Shown piece by piece: positions 49,882 to 60,725 of a DNA stretch of 64,000 nt (position 1 is its first letter; every line of letters starts with the position of its first letter). A program made the position numbers and the translations under genes. The stretch is from assembly GCA_964595645.1 (NCBI GenBank), contig CAZQQT010000005.1, forward strand, positions 32,001-96,000, given 5' to 3'. Below the pieces are notes generated by a model. It made no database searches, had not been told where the DNA came from, and saw only the letters and a list, made by a program, of their open reading frames with translations. The DNA is from an uncultured Thermococci archaeon. GTDB lineage: Archaea > Methanobacteriota_B > Thermococci > Methanofastidiosales > B48-G16.

Positions 49882-50529
49882 TTAATATAGATCGGTGAGG
49901 ATCGGAATGGTGAGAATTATTGCCATAAGGCAGTATATGAGCACTATTGTTATCATTTTTTCCTTTTCATGACGACTTCTTATCAAGAAAATTACGGTTG
50001 AGACGATTAGCAGTGTTTTTGTGAGCAGCACGAGAAACATTCTTGATGAGTATTCCTCTGTAAACGGGAAATACCATACAAATGCGGGGGCGAAGAGACT
50101 GGTGACGGGAGATTGGTACAATGTTTTCATCCCAGTGGTCTGATCCGGCCAGAAGATTCCTTCTTTCACTTGTCGCACATATACCTGTGGATACCCAAAG
50201 AAGAGATACTGATCACCATAATAGGTTTCTCTATCCATCATCTCGCCACGTACCCATATAGTGGTGCCTTTTTCTATACTTGTGTCTGTTATTCCCCGGG
50301 TATATGCAGTGTCAATAGTGAGCACCACTTCGGATCCAGAAGCGGTACCTTCTCCAGAAATAGTAAGGAAATACTGGAGTTTCCCACCGAGTGTTTCATC
50401 GAGTTTTTCCTGGACTGTTGCTTGAAATGTGTACGGTGGGGACGAGTCTGTGGTCACCACATATACCACAGACAGCGGAACGAGGAGGATGAGGATACAG
50501 ATAATCAAGGAGAGATATTTGAGGTTCAT
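49882..50529 (-). CDS. Hypothetical membrane protein
   Basis: N-terminal TM, soluble domain, C-terminal TMs; coupled to the GyrI-like gene. Confidence 0.7.
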   Translation of the reverse strand: MNLKYLSLIICILILLVPLSVVYVVTTDSSPPYTFQATVQEKLDETLGGKLQYFLTISGEGTASGSEVVLTIDTAYTRGITDTSIEKGTTIWVRGEMMDRETYYGDQYLFFGYPQVYVRQVKEGIFWPDQTTGMKTLYQSPVTSLFAPAFVWYFPFTEEYSSRMFLVLLTKTLLIVSTVIFLIRSRHEKEKMITIVLIYCLMAIILTIPILTDLY

Positions 50530-51140
50530 ACATTTTTTACCGGCTGCCTAATAATCGTCTTTAGTTTCTTTGGTGCTGTTCTCCGCGGATCGCTCAAATA
50601 GATCTCATGATGTTTTTTGGTGGGAATGTATCCGTTTTCCTCGATGAAGGCGTGGAGTTTCGCGATGGTGGGAACCTCAGATGAGTACGACCCGATGTGG
50701 AGTATCTGTGCTGCCTTTCCCTCACGTAGAGTTTCAAACCGTACTTTAGAAAGTGCAGGAGGATTCTTCTTTTTTTCAACTTGTGTACGTGCCGTCTCAA
50801 GTCGTTGGTCTGTCACATATTTTGGTTGCATAACCATTGCAGTCCACTTCCATTCATCTTTATTGTCTACCGAGAACCCTTCCATATCTTCGGTCCACCA
50901 AAGACCCTCGAGCGGCATTACTACGTAGTTCACGTTCTCTTCCTTTTTTACCATGAACTTCAGCGTGTAGGATACAGCGTACAGTGCCTCTATTGCCTCC
51001 TGATATCCCTGCGAGGTGTTTGGATCTCCTTTTCCATCGACCATCAGGTAATTTAACGGAGGAATGTTAACAATCGTTGCTTTTTTTGCAGATTGTTTAT
51101 AGAGCTTCGCATACTTCTTTTTAAGATCTATTTTTTCCAT
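50526..51140 (-). CDS. GyrI-like small-molecule-binding domain protein
   Basis: GKGDPN, PLEGLWW, HHEIYLSDPRR. Confidence 0.9.
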   Translation of the reverse strand: MEKIDLKKKYAKLYKQSAKKATIVNIPPLNYLMVDGKGDPNTSQGYQEAIEALYAVSYTLKFMVKKEENVNYVVMPLEGLWWTEDMEGFSVDNKDEWKWTAMVMQPKYVTDQRLETARTQVEKKKNPPALSKVRFETLREGKAAQILHIGSYSSEVPTIAKLHAFIEENGYIPTKKHHEIYLSDPRRTAPKKLKTIIRQPVKNV

Positions 51141-51275
51141 AGATATGGATATACAAATAAACGTTTTTATTATTTTCGCTATTTTACCCAGATAAAACGT
51201 CTATTATTATGAAATGTCCCCATTCAAAAGAAGAGGTTTATAAACTTTAGTATCCGAATAACAGTGGTGTCACAC

Positions 51276-52277
51276 ATGAAGCCCGCTGTGTTTATCACGC
51301 GCGAAATACCCAAAAATGGAATTGCATTGCTTAAGGAATACTATGACATTGAACTCTGGGAAGAGAAGAAACGTCCATCTCGAGAGATTTTGTACGAAAG
51401 GGCACGGAACTGCGATGCTCTCGTCACACTTCTCAGTGATCCCGTTGATGACACACTCTTGAAGGAGGCGTCCAACCTTCGAATCATTGCACAGTACGCC
51501 GTGGGATACGATAATATCGCTATAGAGGCAGCAACGAACCGAGGAGTGTACGTCACTAACACGCCTGAGGTACTCACGGATACAACAGCTGATCTCGCAT
51601 TTTCATTTCTGCTTGCAACTGCACGAAACCTTATAGATGCAGACGCGCTTGTGAGAAGCGGGCAGTGGAAGAACGAGGGTGTTGCCTGGCATCCTCTGAT
51701 GTATCTGGGGCACGATATCTATGAAAAAACGTTAGGCATTATCGGATTTGGGAGAATTGGACAGGCTGTCGCGAAGAGAGCGCAGGGCTTTGGAATGCGT
51801 GTACTGTACTGGAGCAGGACACAAAAAAAGGAAAAAGAAAAGGAACTTCACGCAGAGTTTGTTGATTTAAAGACACTTTTGAAGGAAAGCGACTTTGTTA
51901 GTCTCCACGTTCCCCTGACAGACGAAACAGAGGATCTCATCGGTGAGAACGAACTACACATGATGAAAGATACGTCTATCCTGATAAATACAGCACGAGG
52001 GAACGTCGTAAACACTGATGCGTTGATAAAAGCTCTCAAAAATGAGTGGATTGCCGGAGCGGGATTGGATGTGTTTGAGGAAGAGCCATATTTCAATGAG
52101 CAACTTTTCAACTGTGACCATCTGGTGGTCACACCACATATCGGAAGTGCTACACACGGTGCGCGGGAAGCAATGGCAGAACTGGTGGCCGAAAACCTCA
52201 TCGCTTTTGCCAAAGGAAATATTCCTCCTACACTCATCAATCGCGAAGTAACAGAGGTCAGAAGACCCGGATTTTAA
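51276..52277 (+). CDS. gyaR: Glyoxylate reductase (D-2-hydroxyacid dehydrogenase)
   Basis: AVGYDN, GFGRIG, NTARG, DVFEEEP, PHIGSAT. Confidence 0.88.
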   Translation: MKPAVFITREIPKNGIALLKEYYDIELWEEKKRPSREILYERARNCDALVTLLSDPVDDTLLKEASNLRIIAQYAVGYDNIAIEAATNRGVYVTNTPEVLTDTTADLAFSFLLATARNLIDADALVRSGQWKNEGVAWHPLMYLGHDIYEKTLGIIGFGRIGQAVAKRAQGFGMRVLYWSRTQKKEKEKELHAEFVDLKTLLKESDFVSLHVPLTDETEDLIGENELHMMKDTSILINTARGNVVNTDALIKALKNEWIAGAGLDVFEEEPYFNEQLFNCDHLVVTPHIGSATHGAREAMAELVAENLIAFAKGNIPPTLINREVTEVRRPGF

Positions 52278-52315
52278 TTTTCTTGTGCAAGAAAAAATAT
52301 TTATACAGAGAGATT

Positions 52316-53299
52316 ATGGATAAAACTATGCAAAATGAATGTAACACAAAGGGTACGCTTCCATCGGCGGCGGATGCCATTGGAAATACTCCTCTTGTCG
52401 AGTTGAGTCGTCTTACTAAAGACATTGATGGAAGAATCTTGGCAAAAATGGACTATCTTAATCCAGGTTATTCAAAAAAAGATAGAATCGCTCTCCAGAT
52501 AATTGAAGATGCTGAATCCAAAGGGCTCCTGAAACCTGGACAGACGGTTGTTGAACTTACCAGTGGTAACACAGGAACAGGACTGGCGATTGTGTGCGGT
52601 ATCAAAGGGCACCATTTTGTGGCTGTTATGTCAAAAGGGAACTCGATGGAGAGAGCCAGGATGATGTCAGCACTTGGTGCTGAGGTTGTGCTTGTTGATC
52701 AGCTTCCCGACTCTACACCTGGACAGGTATCCGGAGGAGATCTTGAGCTTGTAGAACGTGAGACACAGCGAATCGTTGAAGAGAGAGATGCGTTTAGAGC
52801 TGATCAGTTTCGGCTCGAAGGCAACTTTCGAGCCCACTACCTCCACACAGGTCCTGAAATTATCAGACAGGCCGGAACCTTTGATGCCTTCTGTGATTTT
52901 GTAGGCACGGGAGGGACCTTTGCAGGGTGTGCCGCAGCCTTTAAAGAGCATGATCCTACCATCTCATGTTTTATTGTTGAACCGGAAGGAACGCCTATCC
53001 TCGCGGGCAAACCGGTAACGAACCCAAACCACAAAATTCAGGGTGGAGGGTACTCTATGGAGGATCTTCCTCTCCTCAGGGAGGAACATATTGATGGATA
53101 TCTCACAGCGTCGAATGAAGAGGCTATTGAGATGGCACGAGCACTGGCAAAAAAAGAAGGAGTCTTTGCAGGATTCTCCTCTGGTGCTAACATTGCAGCC
53201 GCGGTAAAACTGCTCGAAACGGATTTTGTGGACAAAACTATTGTTGTCATAATGAATGATTCAGGGTTAAAGTATTTGAGCACAGATCTATGGGAATAA
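52316..53299 (+). CDS. Cysteine synthase family PLP enzyme
   Basis: NPGYSKKDR, TSGNTG, GTGGT, DSGLKYLS. Confidence 0.9.
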   Translation: MDKTMQNECNTKGTLPSAADAIGNTPLVELSRLTKDIDGRILAKMDYLNPGYSKKDRIALQIIEDAESKGLLKPGQTVVELTSGNTGTGLAIVCGIKGHHFVAVMSKGNSMERARMMSALGAEVVLVDQLPDSTPGQVSGGDLELVERETQRIVEERDAFRADQFRLEGNFRAHYLHTGPEIIRQAGTFDAFCDFVGTGGTFAGCAAAFKEHDPTISCFIVEPEGTPILAGKPVTNPNHKIQGGGYSMEDLPLLREEHIDGYLTASNEEAIEMARALAKKEGVFAGFSSGANIAAAVKLLETDFVDKTIVVIMNDSGLKYLSTDLWE

Positions 53300-53526
53300 A
53301 CGAGAGATACGAACAACATTCTCGAGTTATATGAAGAAGGCACGTATATATCTCCCTGGATTTAATTCCTTTTAAAATAGATTTATTAGATTTTTAGTTT
53401 TTATCTGTACCTTAATATGAACATAGTCTACGGGAGTACTATAGACCATTGTTGACATATCTTTATTGAAGAAAAAATTTCAATCTGCCCTTATACACAC
53501 GGTGCAAAGTGAAACGAAATGTGAGC

Positions 53527-54087
53527 TCATAGGGGAACTCCTGATCTCGGATTGATTGCCGACATTCTTCTAGTCTTGTGCACTCTTATTCTCTCCTCCC
53601 CGTTCATGAAGGGTTTGGTCTCTTTGAACAAAATGAACGCATCGAACGCATCAAAAAGCGGCACTTCTGGATTATAACATCCTAAATCTGCTAGAGATTC
53701 AGCTACACATACTACCTCTGTCTCAACGTGAAGGTTGATATACACCATACTCCACTCAGTGTTTGTATCAACAAGATCACGTGCTGTCGTCCCATTGGCG
53801 AATTCAATGAGATCAGGATTTATCGTGGAGGCCATGATTGTATAGAGTGGTACGCCTACTGCAGTCAACCGCTGTGTCCATGGTGCAGATTCCAGCACCA
53901 TACGCGTGGTTTTTCGTGTATGATAACACCCGTACAACGCTACCACCGAACCGTATTCCTGCGTCACGTACTGAATATTAGCTACAATCTGTTCCTCCCG
54001 TATGGACGCAGCCCGGTATTTTCTTGCAACCCATTCTAGTGAAGTATCAACGGTGCCCTGTTCATTGCGAATCCGTGCAATATCCAT
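53527..54087 (-). CDS. Hypothetical protein, possibly a C-terminal fragment of an erythromycin-esterase-like protein
   Basis: IREEQIVANI...LYGCYHTRK...FDAFILF resembles EreA/ChaN C-terminal motifs; no N-terminal half seen. Confidence 0.4.
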   Translation of the reverse strand: MDIARIRNEQGTVDTSLEWVARKYRAASIREEQIVANIQYVTQEYGSVVALYGCYHTRKTTRMVLESAPWTQRLTAVGVPLYTIMASTINPDLIEFANGTTARDLVDTNTEWSMVYINLHVETEVVCVAESLADLGCYNPEVPLFDAFDAFILFKETKPFMNGEERIRVHKTRRMSAINPRSGVPL

Positions 54088-54170
54088 ATTTACCGCATCC
54101 GTCTTTTAGAAATGAGGCATTCAAACTTATATAGTACCTACAAATCACTTATGATCTCTCACACTTCTTT

Positions 54171-54301
54171 TTTCGCGCTTTTTCGTTTACTCACTACTAT
54201 TTCTATTTCTTTGGGCAGTCAGAGAGCTTCTATTAAGAGTGGAGAAATATAACTGCAGAGCACGAGCTCGAAAACACGGAAAAGCGTGAAAGCGTTTTTT
54301 T
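54171..54301 (+). ncRNA. Candidate structured RNA or MITE remnant
   Basis: 16-bp terminal stem with two G-U pairs, followed by a T7 run. Confidence 0.3.
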
Positions 54302-54378
54302 AAAAAATGGATTTCAACTGATTGTATTTGAGATAGCATATATAAAGTTGATCAACATATCACTAGTAGGTGAGAACA

Positions 54379-54693
54379 ATGGCTGAGATGTACGAGGTAA
54401 AAATTACTGTGTTGAAACGGCTTGATCCATCAGATGTTTTTGAGAAGCTTCCCGTAACACCAAAGGAAGAGTTAGAGACTTGTGAACTTTTTGACGACGG
54501 TGAGGAGTTCATCAGTACGGGAGCTAGAATGCCCGAAGGATTCCCCTGTGCTGCAGCGTGGCAGGTGCTGTATCCTCCTGTCAGAGTACTGGCCTTCGGC
54601 GGTAATATGCCATGGTACGAAGAAGAGGGTGTTGCAGTATATTGTTGCCCCGATGGGTTGCGTCCTGTTGTATTCAAACTGGAACGAATTTAG
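54379..54693 (+). CDS. TIGR04076 family protein
   Basis: PEGFPCAAAW, CCPDGLRPVVFKLERI. Confidence 0.85.
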   Translation: MAEMYEVKITVLKRLDPSDVFEKLPVTPKEELETCELFDDGEEFISTGARMPEGFPCAAAWQVLYPPVRVLAFGGNMPWYEEEGVAVYCCPDGLRPVVFKLERI

Positions 54694-55120
54694 TAGGATC
54701 AATCTTTTGAGAATGGCCACTACGCTTTTTTCAGATCTCTTTTTTGTATACTTCATAGCACATAATCCATCCAGTGATATACTCGCGTGATCGCCCTGTT
54801 ATCATAGAGGAGGGAGTGTCACGTCTTGAGAAGATAGTATCTGTCGTCAAGGCAGAGTAATATATTCGCCGTGTTTATCTCTCCCTGCGGCCTCGTTCAT
54901 ACGCTTTGACTCTTATAGAAGTAATACAAAACTCCTCCCCGCACCACCCCTACAAAGAATGAAGACGAGATGGAGAATTCCGATCATGATACAAAAACAT
55001 GCACTTACGGGAAAGAAATAGGACCATTTCCCATATCTCTTTTCGCGCGTGACGGCATAAGAATCGAGAAATTAATGGATAACTATTTAAGGAATGATAG
55101 GATAAATACATACGAACATA

Positions 55121-56065
55121 ATGGATATCGTACTCTCCGATTTTCATATTGGGAATAAAAATTCGACGCTCAGCTCTTCGGAGGAAGCGAAGCGACTCAG
55201 CACTCAGTTTGCAAAAGAAATTGCCAGTCTGGACACACATACTGAAAAGGTGATTCTCCTTGGAGATATATTCGACTGGTGGGATATGGATATCGCACGC
55301 TCCATGAGAACTGCACGGATATTTTTTGAAACGCTCGATACACTCGCAGATGAGATCCTGTACATCCCTGGAAACCACGATCATCACGCACTGATTATAT
55401 GTGAAGAGATGGAGAGAATCCAGATGATGGAGGAGGATCGGGTGCCCACACTTCCATTTCGGGATATTCTTCGGTACGAGTTTCCACACAGATCGGATAC
55501 ATTTGTAGAGGCACCGTTACTGAAAGGATTGTTCCCCGGATTTTCAGGACATATTCAGCTCGTATATCCTGAATATACGTTGAAATGGAAGGAGAAAGAG
55601 ATTCTTCTGAGGCACGGCCATTATTTGGACACAGGTCTTTTTCAGGTCATGCCGTGGATTTTTCAACGATTTGTACGGAAAATTCAAAGTGAGAAAGATT
55701 TTGAGATTATCAATACCCCTATTTACGAGCATCTGTACAGTGTCGGATCTGTGCCGGAAATCAACGATTTTTATCAACGTATTTTTACTCTTGTGAATAA
55801 GATTACTTCCTTTTTTTATAGAAAACAGACTCGAAAAGACATTGTCAGTAGAAAAGATGATATTACACAGTTTTTCACGAAGTTTAAACACAATACGTAT
55901 CCCGACTTCTTTATTTTTGGTCATACACATTTCGCTGGTACAGCGCACCTAGGAACTATGGAACTTTTTAACACTGGTTGTTGGGTACACGAGCAGAACT
56001 CTAGTCATAATACGTATCTTACCATCGATGATGACATTGTCGTGAGAGCGTTGGGCAAAGTGTAG
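55121..56065 (+). CDS. Calcineurin-like metallophosphoesterase
   Basis: SDFH, LGDIFD, GNHD, HGH, GHTH, NTGCW. Confidence 0.9.
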   Translation: MDIVLSDFHIGNKNSTLSSSEEAKRLSTQFAKEIASLDTHTEKVILLGDIFDWWDMDIARSMRTARIFFETLDTLADEILYIPGNHDHHALIICEEMERIQMMEEDRVPTLPFRDILRYEFPHRSDTFVEAPLLKGLFPGFSGHIQLVYPEYTLKWKEKEILLRHGHYLDTGLFQVMPWIFQRFVRKIQSEKDFEIINTPIYEHLYSVGSVPEINDFYQRIFTLVNKITSFFYRKQTRKDIVSRKDDITQFFTKFKHNTYPDFFIFGHTHFAGTAHLGTMELFNTGCWVHEQNSSHNTYLTIDDDIVVRALGKV

Positions 56066-56206
56066 CAATCAGACGGAATATCTCTTCTTATTGAGCGAAT
56101 GAAGAAGGATTTTTCACGTTACAATAGGTGCTATTACATGAGACAGATGAGAACAAGAACATACGTTTATTAATCTCTTTACTACAGTATAGACGAGGAG
56201 CTACGT

Positions 56207-56761
56207 ATGGATGAAGAAGAAAAACATTTTCATTTTGTGAGCACACGAGAGGAAGCACGTAGGATCATAGACGATCAGGAGCGGTACTGGGTTTCTAACT
56301 GTGGGTGTCGGGAAGGAGGATCGGGATGCGAACGATCTCGGATGGATCTGTGTCTGTTTTTCGACACAGCGATGACCGGCACCGGTACGGACTTTAGAGA
56401 AGTTGATCACGCGTTTGTCGAGGGTATTCTTGAGGAGGCGGAGGAAAAGCACCTCGTCTGTCGGCCGTTCCGGTACATGGATGACAGAACACGTATCCAA
56501 GGTATCTGCTTCTGTTGTGACGATTGTTGCTACTACTTCACAGCAGACTTACCCGATCCCGTGAATGAGGGGACATTCATTGAACGAACAGATATGGAGG
56601 CCTGCACTCAGTGCGGAGTGTGCACGGAGGTTTGTTATTTTGGTGCTCGTGTAATGAACGAGAACACACTCACGATTATCCGAGAGAACTGTTATGGTTG
56701 CGGTCTCTGTGTTGATGTCTGTTCTGTGGATTGTATCGAGATGGAGGAACGGGAGTACTGA
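56207..56761 (+). CDS. 4Fe-4S binding protein
   Basis: CGCR, ICFCCDDCC, two ferredoxin motifs. Confidence 0.88.
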   Translation: MDEEEKHFHFVSTREEARRIIDDQERYWVSNCGCREGGSGCERSRMDLCLFFDTAMTGTGTDFREVDHAFVEGILEEAEEKHLVCRPFRYMDDRTRIQGICFCCDDCCYYFTADLPDPVNEGTFIERTDMEACTQCGVCTEVCYFGARVMNENTLTIIRENCYGCGLCVDVCSVDCIEMEEREY

Positions 56762-56836
56762 TAGATATTCCAAGCCCGCTTACTACACTGGTGTTCAGAA
56801 GAGATCAAAAATAATTGTAAACAGTGAAGCATGCTT

Positions 56837-57586
56837 TTACTTTCTTCTTAAAGAAAACAGCTTCTTCACATGATCACACACTATTTTTTTGCTTCTCTTT
56901 ACATTCTCACCTCCAAATCCAGCTTTCCACTTCTCACCAGAGAGTTCATCAGTAATGACGATCACAGCCGCAAACGCTGTCTCCCGGTACATCGCAATGG
57001 CCATCAACGCGGTACATTCCATTTCTACAGCCACCGCTCCTTTCTCTGCATATGCGTCGATTTTATCTCTCGTCTCGCGGAAGGGTGCATCGGTGGTCCA
57101 GATACCCCCTGTTACGATATCAACATCGTCAAAACATTCTTTGAGCTTTGAGAAAAGAGAGTTAGTGGGTTTCACAGTGGTATCCGGAGGGAGATAGTGG
57201 TACGATGTTCCTTCTTCTCGAATTCCCCAGGAAGGGAGGAAAATATCGCCTATCTTGCAGTGAGAGGCTACCGATCCTGCCTCACCCACCATCAGTACGC
57301 GTTCTATTCCGGAACTAATGAGGGTCTCCAGTAGCATCCCTGCAGCAGGTGCGCCGAAAAACGCTCTACAGATGACAAGGTCGTTATCCATTGTTCCCTC
57401 TAGTAATCCAGGAAGATCGCTTATCTTTTCACCCTCCATGAGCCCACACGTTTCCAGCAACATATGGTATGTCTCCGATTCGAAGCAGATGACCGCATTT
57501 TTTGCAGTCAGTAGTGTGGCCATTGCAAAGGGTGTTATGATTTCTTTTTCGGAGGAGAACCAGTGAAGAGGCGAGTTGTTGTTCAT
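56837..57586 (-). CDS. Nucleoside phosphorylase (PNP/UDP family)
   Basis: GAPAA, REEGTSYHY, WTTDAPFRET, VEME. Confidence 0.92.
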   Translation of the reverse strand: MNNNSPLHWFSSEKEIITPFAMATLLTAKNAVICFESETYHMLLETCGLMEGEKISDLPGLLEGTMDNDLVICRAFFGAPAAGMLLETLISSGIERVLMVGEAGSVASHCKIGDIFLPSWGIREEGTSYHYLPPDTTVKPTNSLFSKLKECFDDVDIVTGGIWTTDAPFRETRDKIDAYAEKGAVAVEMECTALMAIAMYRETAFAAVIVITDELSGEKWKAGFGGENVKRSKKIVCDHVKKLFSLRRK

Positions 57587-57688
57587 GGCAGATACTCCAT
57601 AGTTCATCTAAAATATTTTTCGTTAACTATGGTATGGAAGGCAATACCTCTGTAAATCTCACGAAGACTATGATACTTGGCTATTTCA

Positions 57689-57949
57689 CTACTTCTTAAT
57701 GGCAATCCTGTACAGTGCGACTACAACCAGCAGGTATGCGAGTAGTCTAATCCCAATTAATATGTCCTCCAGCGAGTCCTTATACCCAAAGAGCGTCGCT
57801 AAATGCGAGACGCCGAACAATCCGAAGGCGATGCCAACGTACAATCCCATCTCGTTATTTTTCTTTTTGTAACTCCACAGGCCAAGGAGCAAAATAATGA
57901 TACAGAGCACCAGATTTACTCCATACAGCGGATCCCATTCAAACATCAT
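57689..57949 (-). CDS. Small three-TM membrane protein
   Basis: Three hydrophobic helices, FGLFGVSH. Confidence 0.75.
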   Translation of the reverse strand: MMFEWDPLYGVNLVLCIIILLLGLWSYKKKNNEMGLYVGIAFGLFGVSHLATLFGYKDSLEDILIGIRLLAYLLVVVALYRIAIKK

Positions 57950-58051
57950 CTAATATCACCATCCCACGTATGTCCAGCGAGTATAAATACTTGTTGGAAA
58001 GATGGTATGCTGCTCAACCTTGGATAATTCAAATAAAAAAAGAAAGGAAAA

Positions 58052-59329
58052 TTATTGTGTCGATTTTGTAATGTTTACATCGTTCACGAGAACGTACGGC
58101 GCGATACCCGGAGTGAATACTTCGTACCACCATTTCACCATCTCTCGTTCCGTCGAGAGAGCCTCGATACTCTTGTAGATGTTCAACATGTTGTCGCTCA
58201 CGCGGATATCCTTCCACGCTTCCTTCTGTTTGCCGTTCTCGTAGTAGAGGATAGCGTCTCGTGGGATAGTCGAGAAGTCACCGGTCATCCGATTCTGGAA
58301 TCGGGTATACCACGTGTTCGTGAGATACAGTCCGGTGAAATCTTCGAAGAGCTCTTCTTTGCTGCGATCTCCGGGTGTAACTTCAAAGTTCCACGCTTCC
58401 GGCGTGACAAGTCCCGCGTTGCCCGTTGTCTCTGTATCGAATTTCTCGGCGGTGGACGTATTGTGGAGGTATGTGTTGTACACGCCCTTGTCAATAATCT
58501 TATTCTCTCGGGTGGCAACACCTTCGTCGTCAAACTTTCGAGAGTAAAGTCCCCTTCCCGTATCGATCAGCGTGAAGAACTTCGGTGTCACCGTCTCCCC
58601 AATTTTCTCCGTGAAGAAGGACAGTCCTGCGTCCACATTGAACGCGGAGGCAGAGCCGAGCGTGTAGTTCACCACACTGCCAAAGACCAGGGGGTCGAGT
58701 AGGAGGTCGTACTTTCCGACGTCACCGCTCCGTGGATTTTTATAGCACTGCGCGAGTTCGTAAGCATCCTTTGCCGCCTTTACAGGTTTAAAATTGTGTA
58801 GATCCGTGGCTGTACTCACTCTGTGACCCGATACCTCATTTTCCAAGAAGATACGGATGGAGAACTCGATGTTTGCCGTTTCGTTCCCTGCATGGGTGTA
58901 GGGCGTTGCGATACGTCGTTTCCTATGGTATTTATAGACCGTGCCGGCCGCAGTACCCTTTACCTCATTCAGTGCGTCGTGTACGTACTTTTTACAGTCT
59001 GCATCCACGATTTTTTTGTCAAATGGGATATCGGTGTAGTCAAATCCATCCTGTGCAATGCCGTGGTAGTTCTTATTTTCACTCGTTTTTTTCACAAACT
59101 TCATGAGGGTTTTGAGGGAATTGTCAACGTTGTCAAGATCTTTGAGTGTGGTAGACATAGTCTTTTTTCCGACGGCTACAAAGACATCCGCCTTCCGTTC
59201 AACCCAGTTCTTTGCGATATCTATCTTATTCCTCGAGAACCGCACCTGCTCAATATCTTCCTCAGTGATCTTCACTACCGCATCATCTGCTCCCAACTCA
59301 AGGAGTGTATCCAACATTTCTTTCTCCAT
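58052..59329 (-). CDS. TldE/PmbA family protein
   Basis: FDDEG, TTGNAG, YTRFQN..TGDFST; no HExxxH; start moved to 59329. Confidence 0.9.
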   Translation of the reverse strand: MEKEMLDTLLELGADDAVVKITEEDIEQVRFSRNKIDIAKNWVERKADVFVAVGKKTMSTTLKDLDNVDNSLKTLMKFVKKTSENKNYHGIAQDGFDYTDIPFDKKIVDADCKKYVHDALNEVKGTAAGTVYKYHRKRRIATPYTHAGNETANIEFSIRIFLENEVSGHRVSTATDLHNFKPVKAAKDAYELAQCYKNPRSGDVGKYDLLLDPLVFGSVVNYTLGSASAFNVDAGLSFFTEKIGETVTPKFFTLIDTGRGLYSRKFDDEGVATRENKIIDKGVYNTYLHNTSTAEKFDTETTGNAGLVTPEAWNFEVTPGDRSKEELFEDFTGLYLTNTWYTRFQNRMTGDFSTIPRDAILYYENGKQKEAWKDIRVSDNMLNIYKSIEALSTEREMVKWWYEVFTPGIAPYVLVNDVNITKSTQ

Positions 59330-59334
59330 TATTA

Positions 59335-60717
59335 TCACCTGAACACCACATTTCGCAGGCGGATGGTTGGTCCACCCATCCAAACATCCAATCCCTGCAT
59401 GGGATCGCTCTTTCCGCATGCACCGGCGGTGAACTCGAGATCCTCGCCCACTCCGTCCACAGCCTTGTAGAACCCTGGCGTGGTAATCTCCAGCACCGGT
59501 CGTTTTACGGGGTCGCTGATCTCGCCGTTCTCAATGAGGTACGATTCCCTGCCAATGTACCGCTGGTTGTACCGTTTGTCGTCGATGTTCCACTCGGTGA
59601 AGTTCTTCATATAGATGCCACGATCGATATCCTCGATGAGCTCTTCAAAGGAGTGGTCACCAGTATCAAAGTAGGTATTCGACATCCGGGGGATTGGTTC
59701 CCTGTTGTATGCAGAGGCACGGGCAGCGCCGTTACTCTTAATACCCATCTTGTGCGCCGTCTCCCTACTGTGCAGGAACTCGTTGATCTTTCCTTCTTTG
59801 TAGAGGTACTTTTTCCGCGCCTTCACCCCGTCTTCGTCGTACTTATAGTAGCCGTAGCTGTGTTCGACGGTGGGATCCTCTGCAATATTGACGTATTCGC
59901 TTCCAACGGTCTCACCGATCATGTCCTCCTTGATGAAGGATTCTCCCGCTTGGGAAGATTCTCTCCCCAGGATTCTATCTGCCTCTGAAGGATGACCGCA
60001 GGACTCGTGCACAGCAATGCCGGTCACCTCGGGTCCGCAGAGAAGATCCATTTTTCCAGAGGGTGCCTTTTTCCCCTGGTTCGCTACCTTGTCGAGTCCC
60101 TTTACCTCCTTGACCGTTCTTTTTGTGAGATTCCAGAAATCGAGTGCTTCATACCCTCCAGCGTAGCCGAATTGTTTGTATCCCTGCTCCACCGTTTCTC
60201 CTGCTACGGTGAGGAAGTAAAAGAATCCAACCTTCGGAAGATATGCCGATATTTTCGCCCCGTCCGAGTTGATGTACTCCTGTTCAATCAGAACATCGCT
60301 GAGTTGGAACACACGGGCGGCAACCTTCACTCCCGTATCCATCACTTGGGCGTCCAGATCTTGGAGGTATCCGATCTTCCACTCAAGATCTGTGTCTGCT
60401 ATCTTTTTTTTCTGAGGTACCTTCCACTTGTCACGATGTGCTTCTTCTTTTGATAGTCCAACTTTACTTTTGTTGTTCTTTGCTACTTTCACCGCTCGTT
60501 TTACGAGATCATCAACATTGTCAGCAATATTCGTGCTGGCAAATCCTATGCCCCCATTGTACAGTACACGTAAGCTGATACCTTTCTCTTCTTCAACGTT
60601 CACCGCATCCACATTCCCATTTTTCATTACCAGTGTATTCTCTCTTTTTTTTCCGTACCGTACTTCAGCAAAGTCCGTTTTTTCTTCCGCCTTTTTAAGA
60701 ACATATTCTATATCCAT
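59335..60717 (-). CDS. tldD: TldD family metalloprotease
   Basis: HESCGH, YDEDG, RMSNT, CGK. Confidence 0.92.
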   Translation of the reverse strand: MDIEYVLKKAEEKTDFAEVRYGKKRENTLVMKNGNVDAVNVEEEKGISLRVLYNGGIGFASTNIADNVDDLVKRAVKVAKNNKSKVGLSKEEAHRDKWKVPQKKKIADTDLEWKIGYLQDLDAQVMDTGVKVAARVFQLSDVLIEQEYINSDGAKISAYLPKVGFFYFLTVAGETVEQGYKQFGYAGGYEALDFWNLTKRTVKEVKGLDKVANQGKKAPSGKMDLLCGPEVTGIAVHESCGHPSEADRILGRESSQAGESFIKEDMIGETVGSEYVNIAEDPTVEHSYGYYKYDEDGVKARKKYLYKEGKINEFLHSRETAHKMGIKSNGAARASAYNREPIPRMSNTYFDTGDHSFEELIEDIDRGIYMKNFTEWNIDDKRYNQRYIGRESYLIENGEISDPVKRPVLEITTPGFYKAVDGVGEDLEFTAGACGKSDPMQGLDVWMGGPTIRLRNVVFR

Positions 60718-60725
60718 ACACTCAC

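Noticed and set aside
54970-55158. 62-aa ORF before the metallophosphoesterase
   Set aside because: It has no motif, overlaps that gene's promoter and start, and is probably spurious or decayed.
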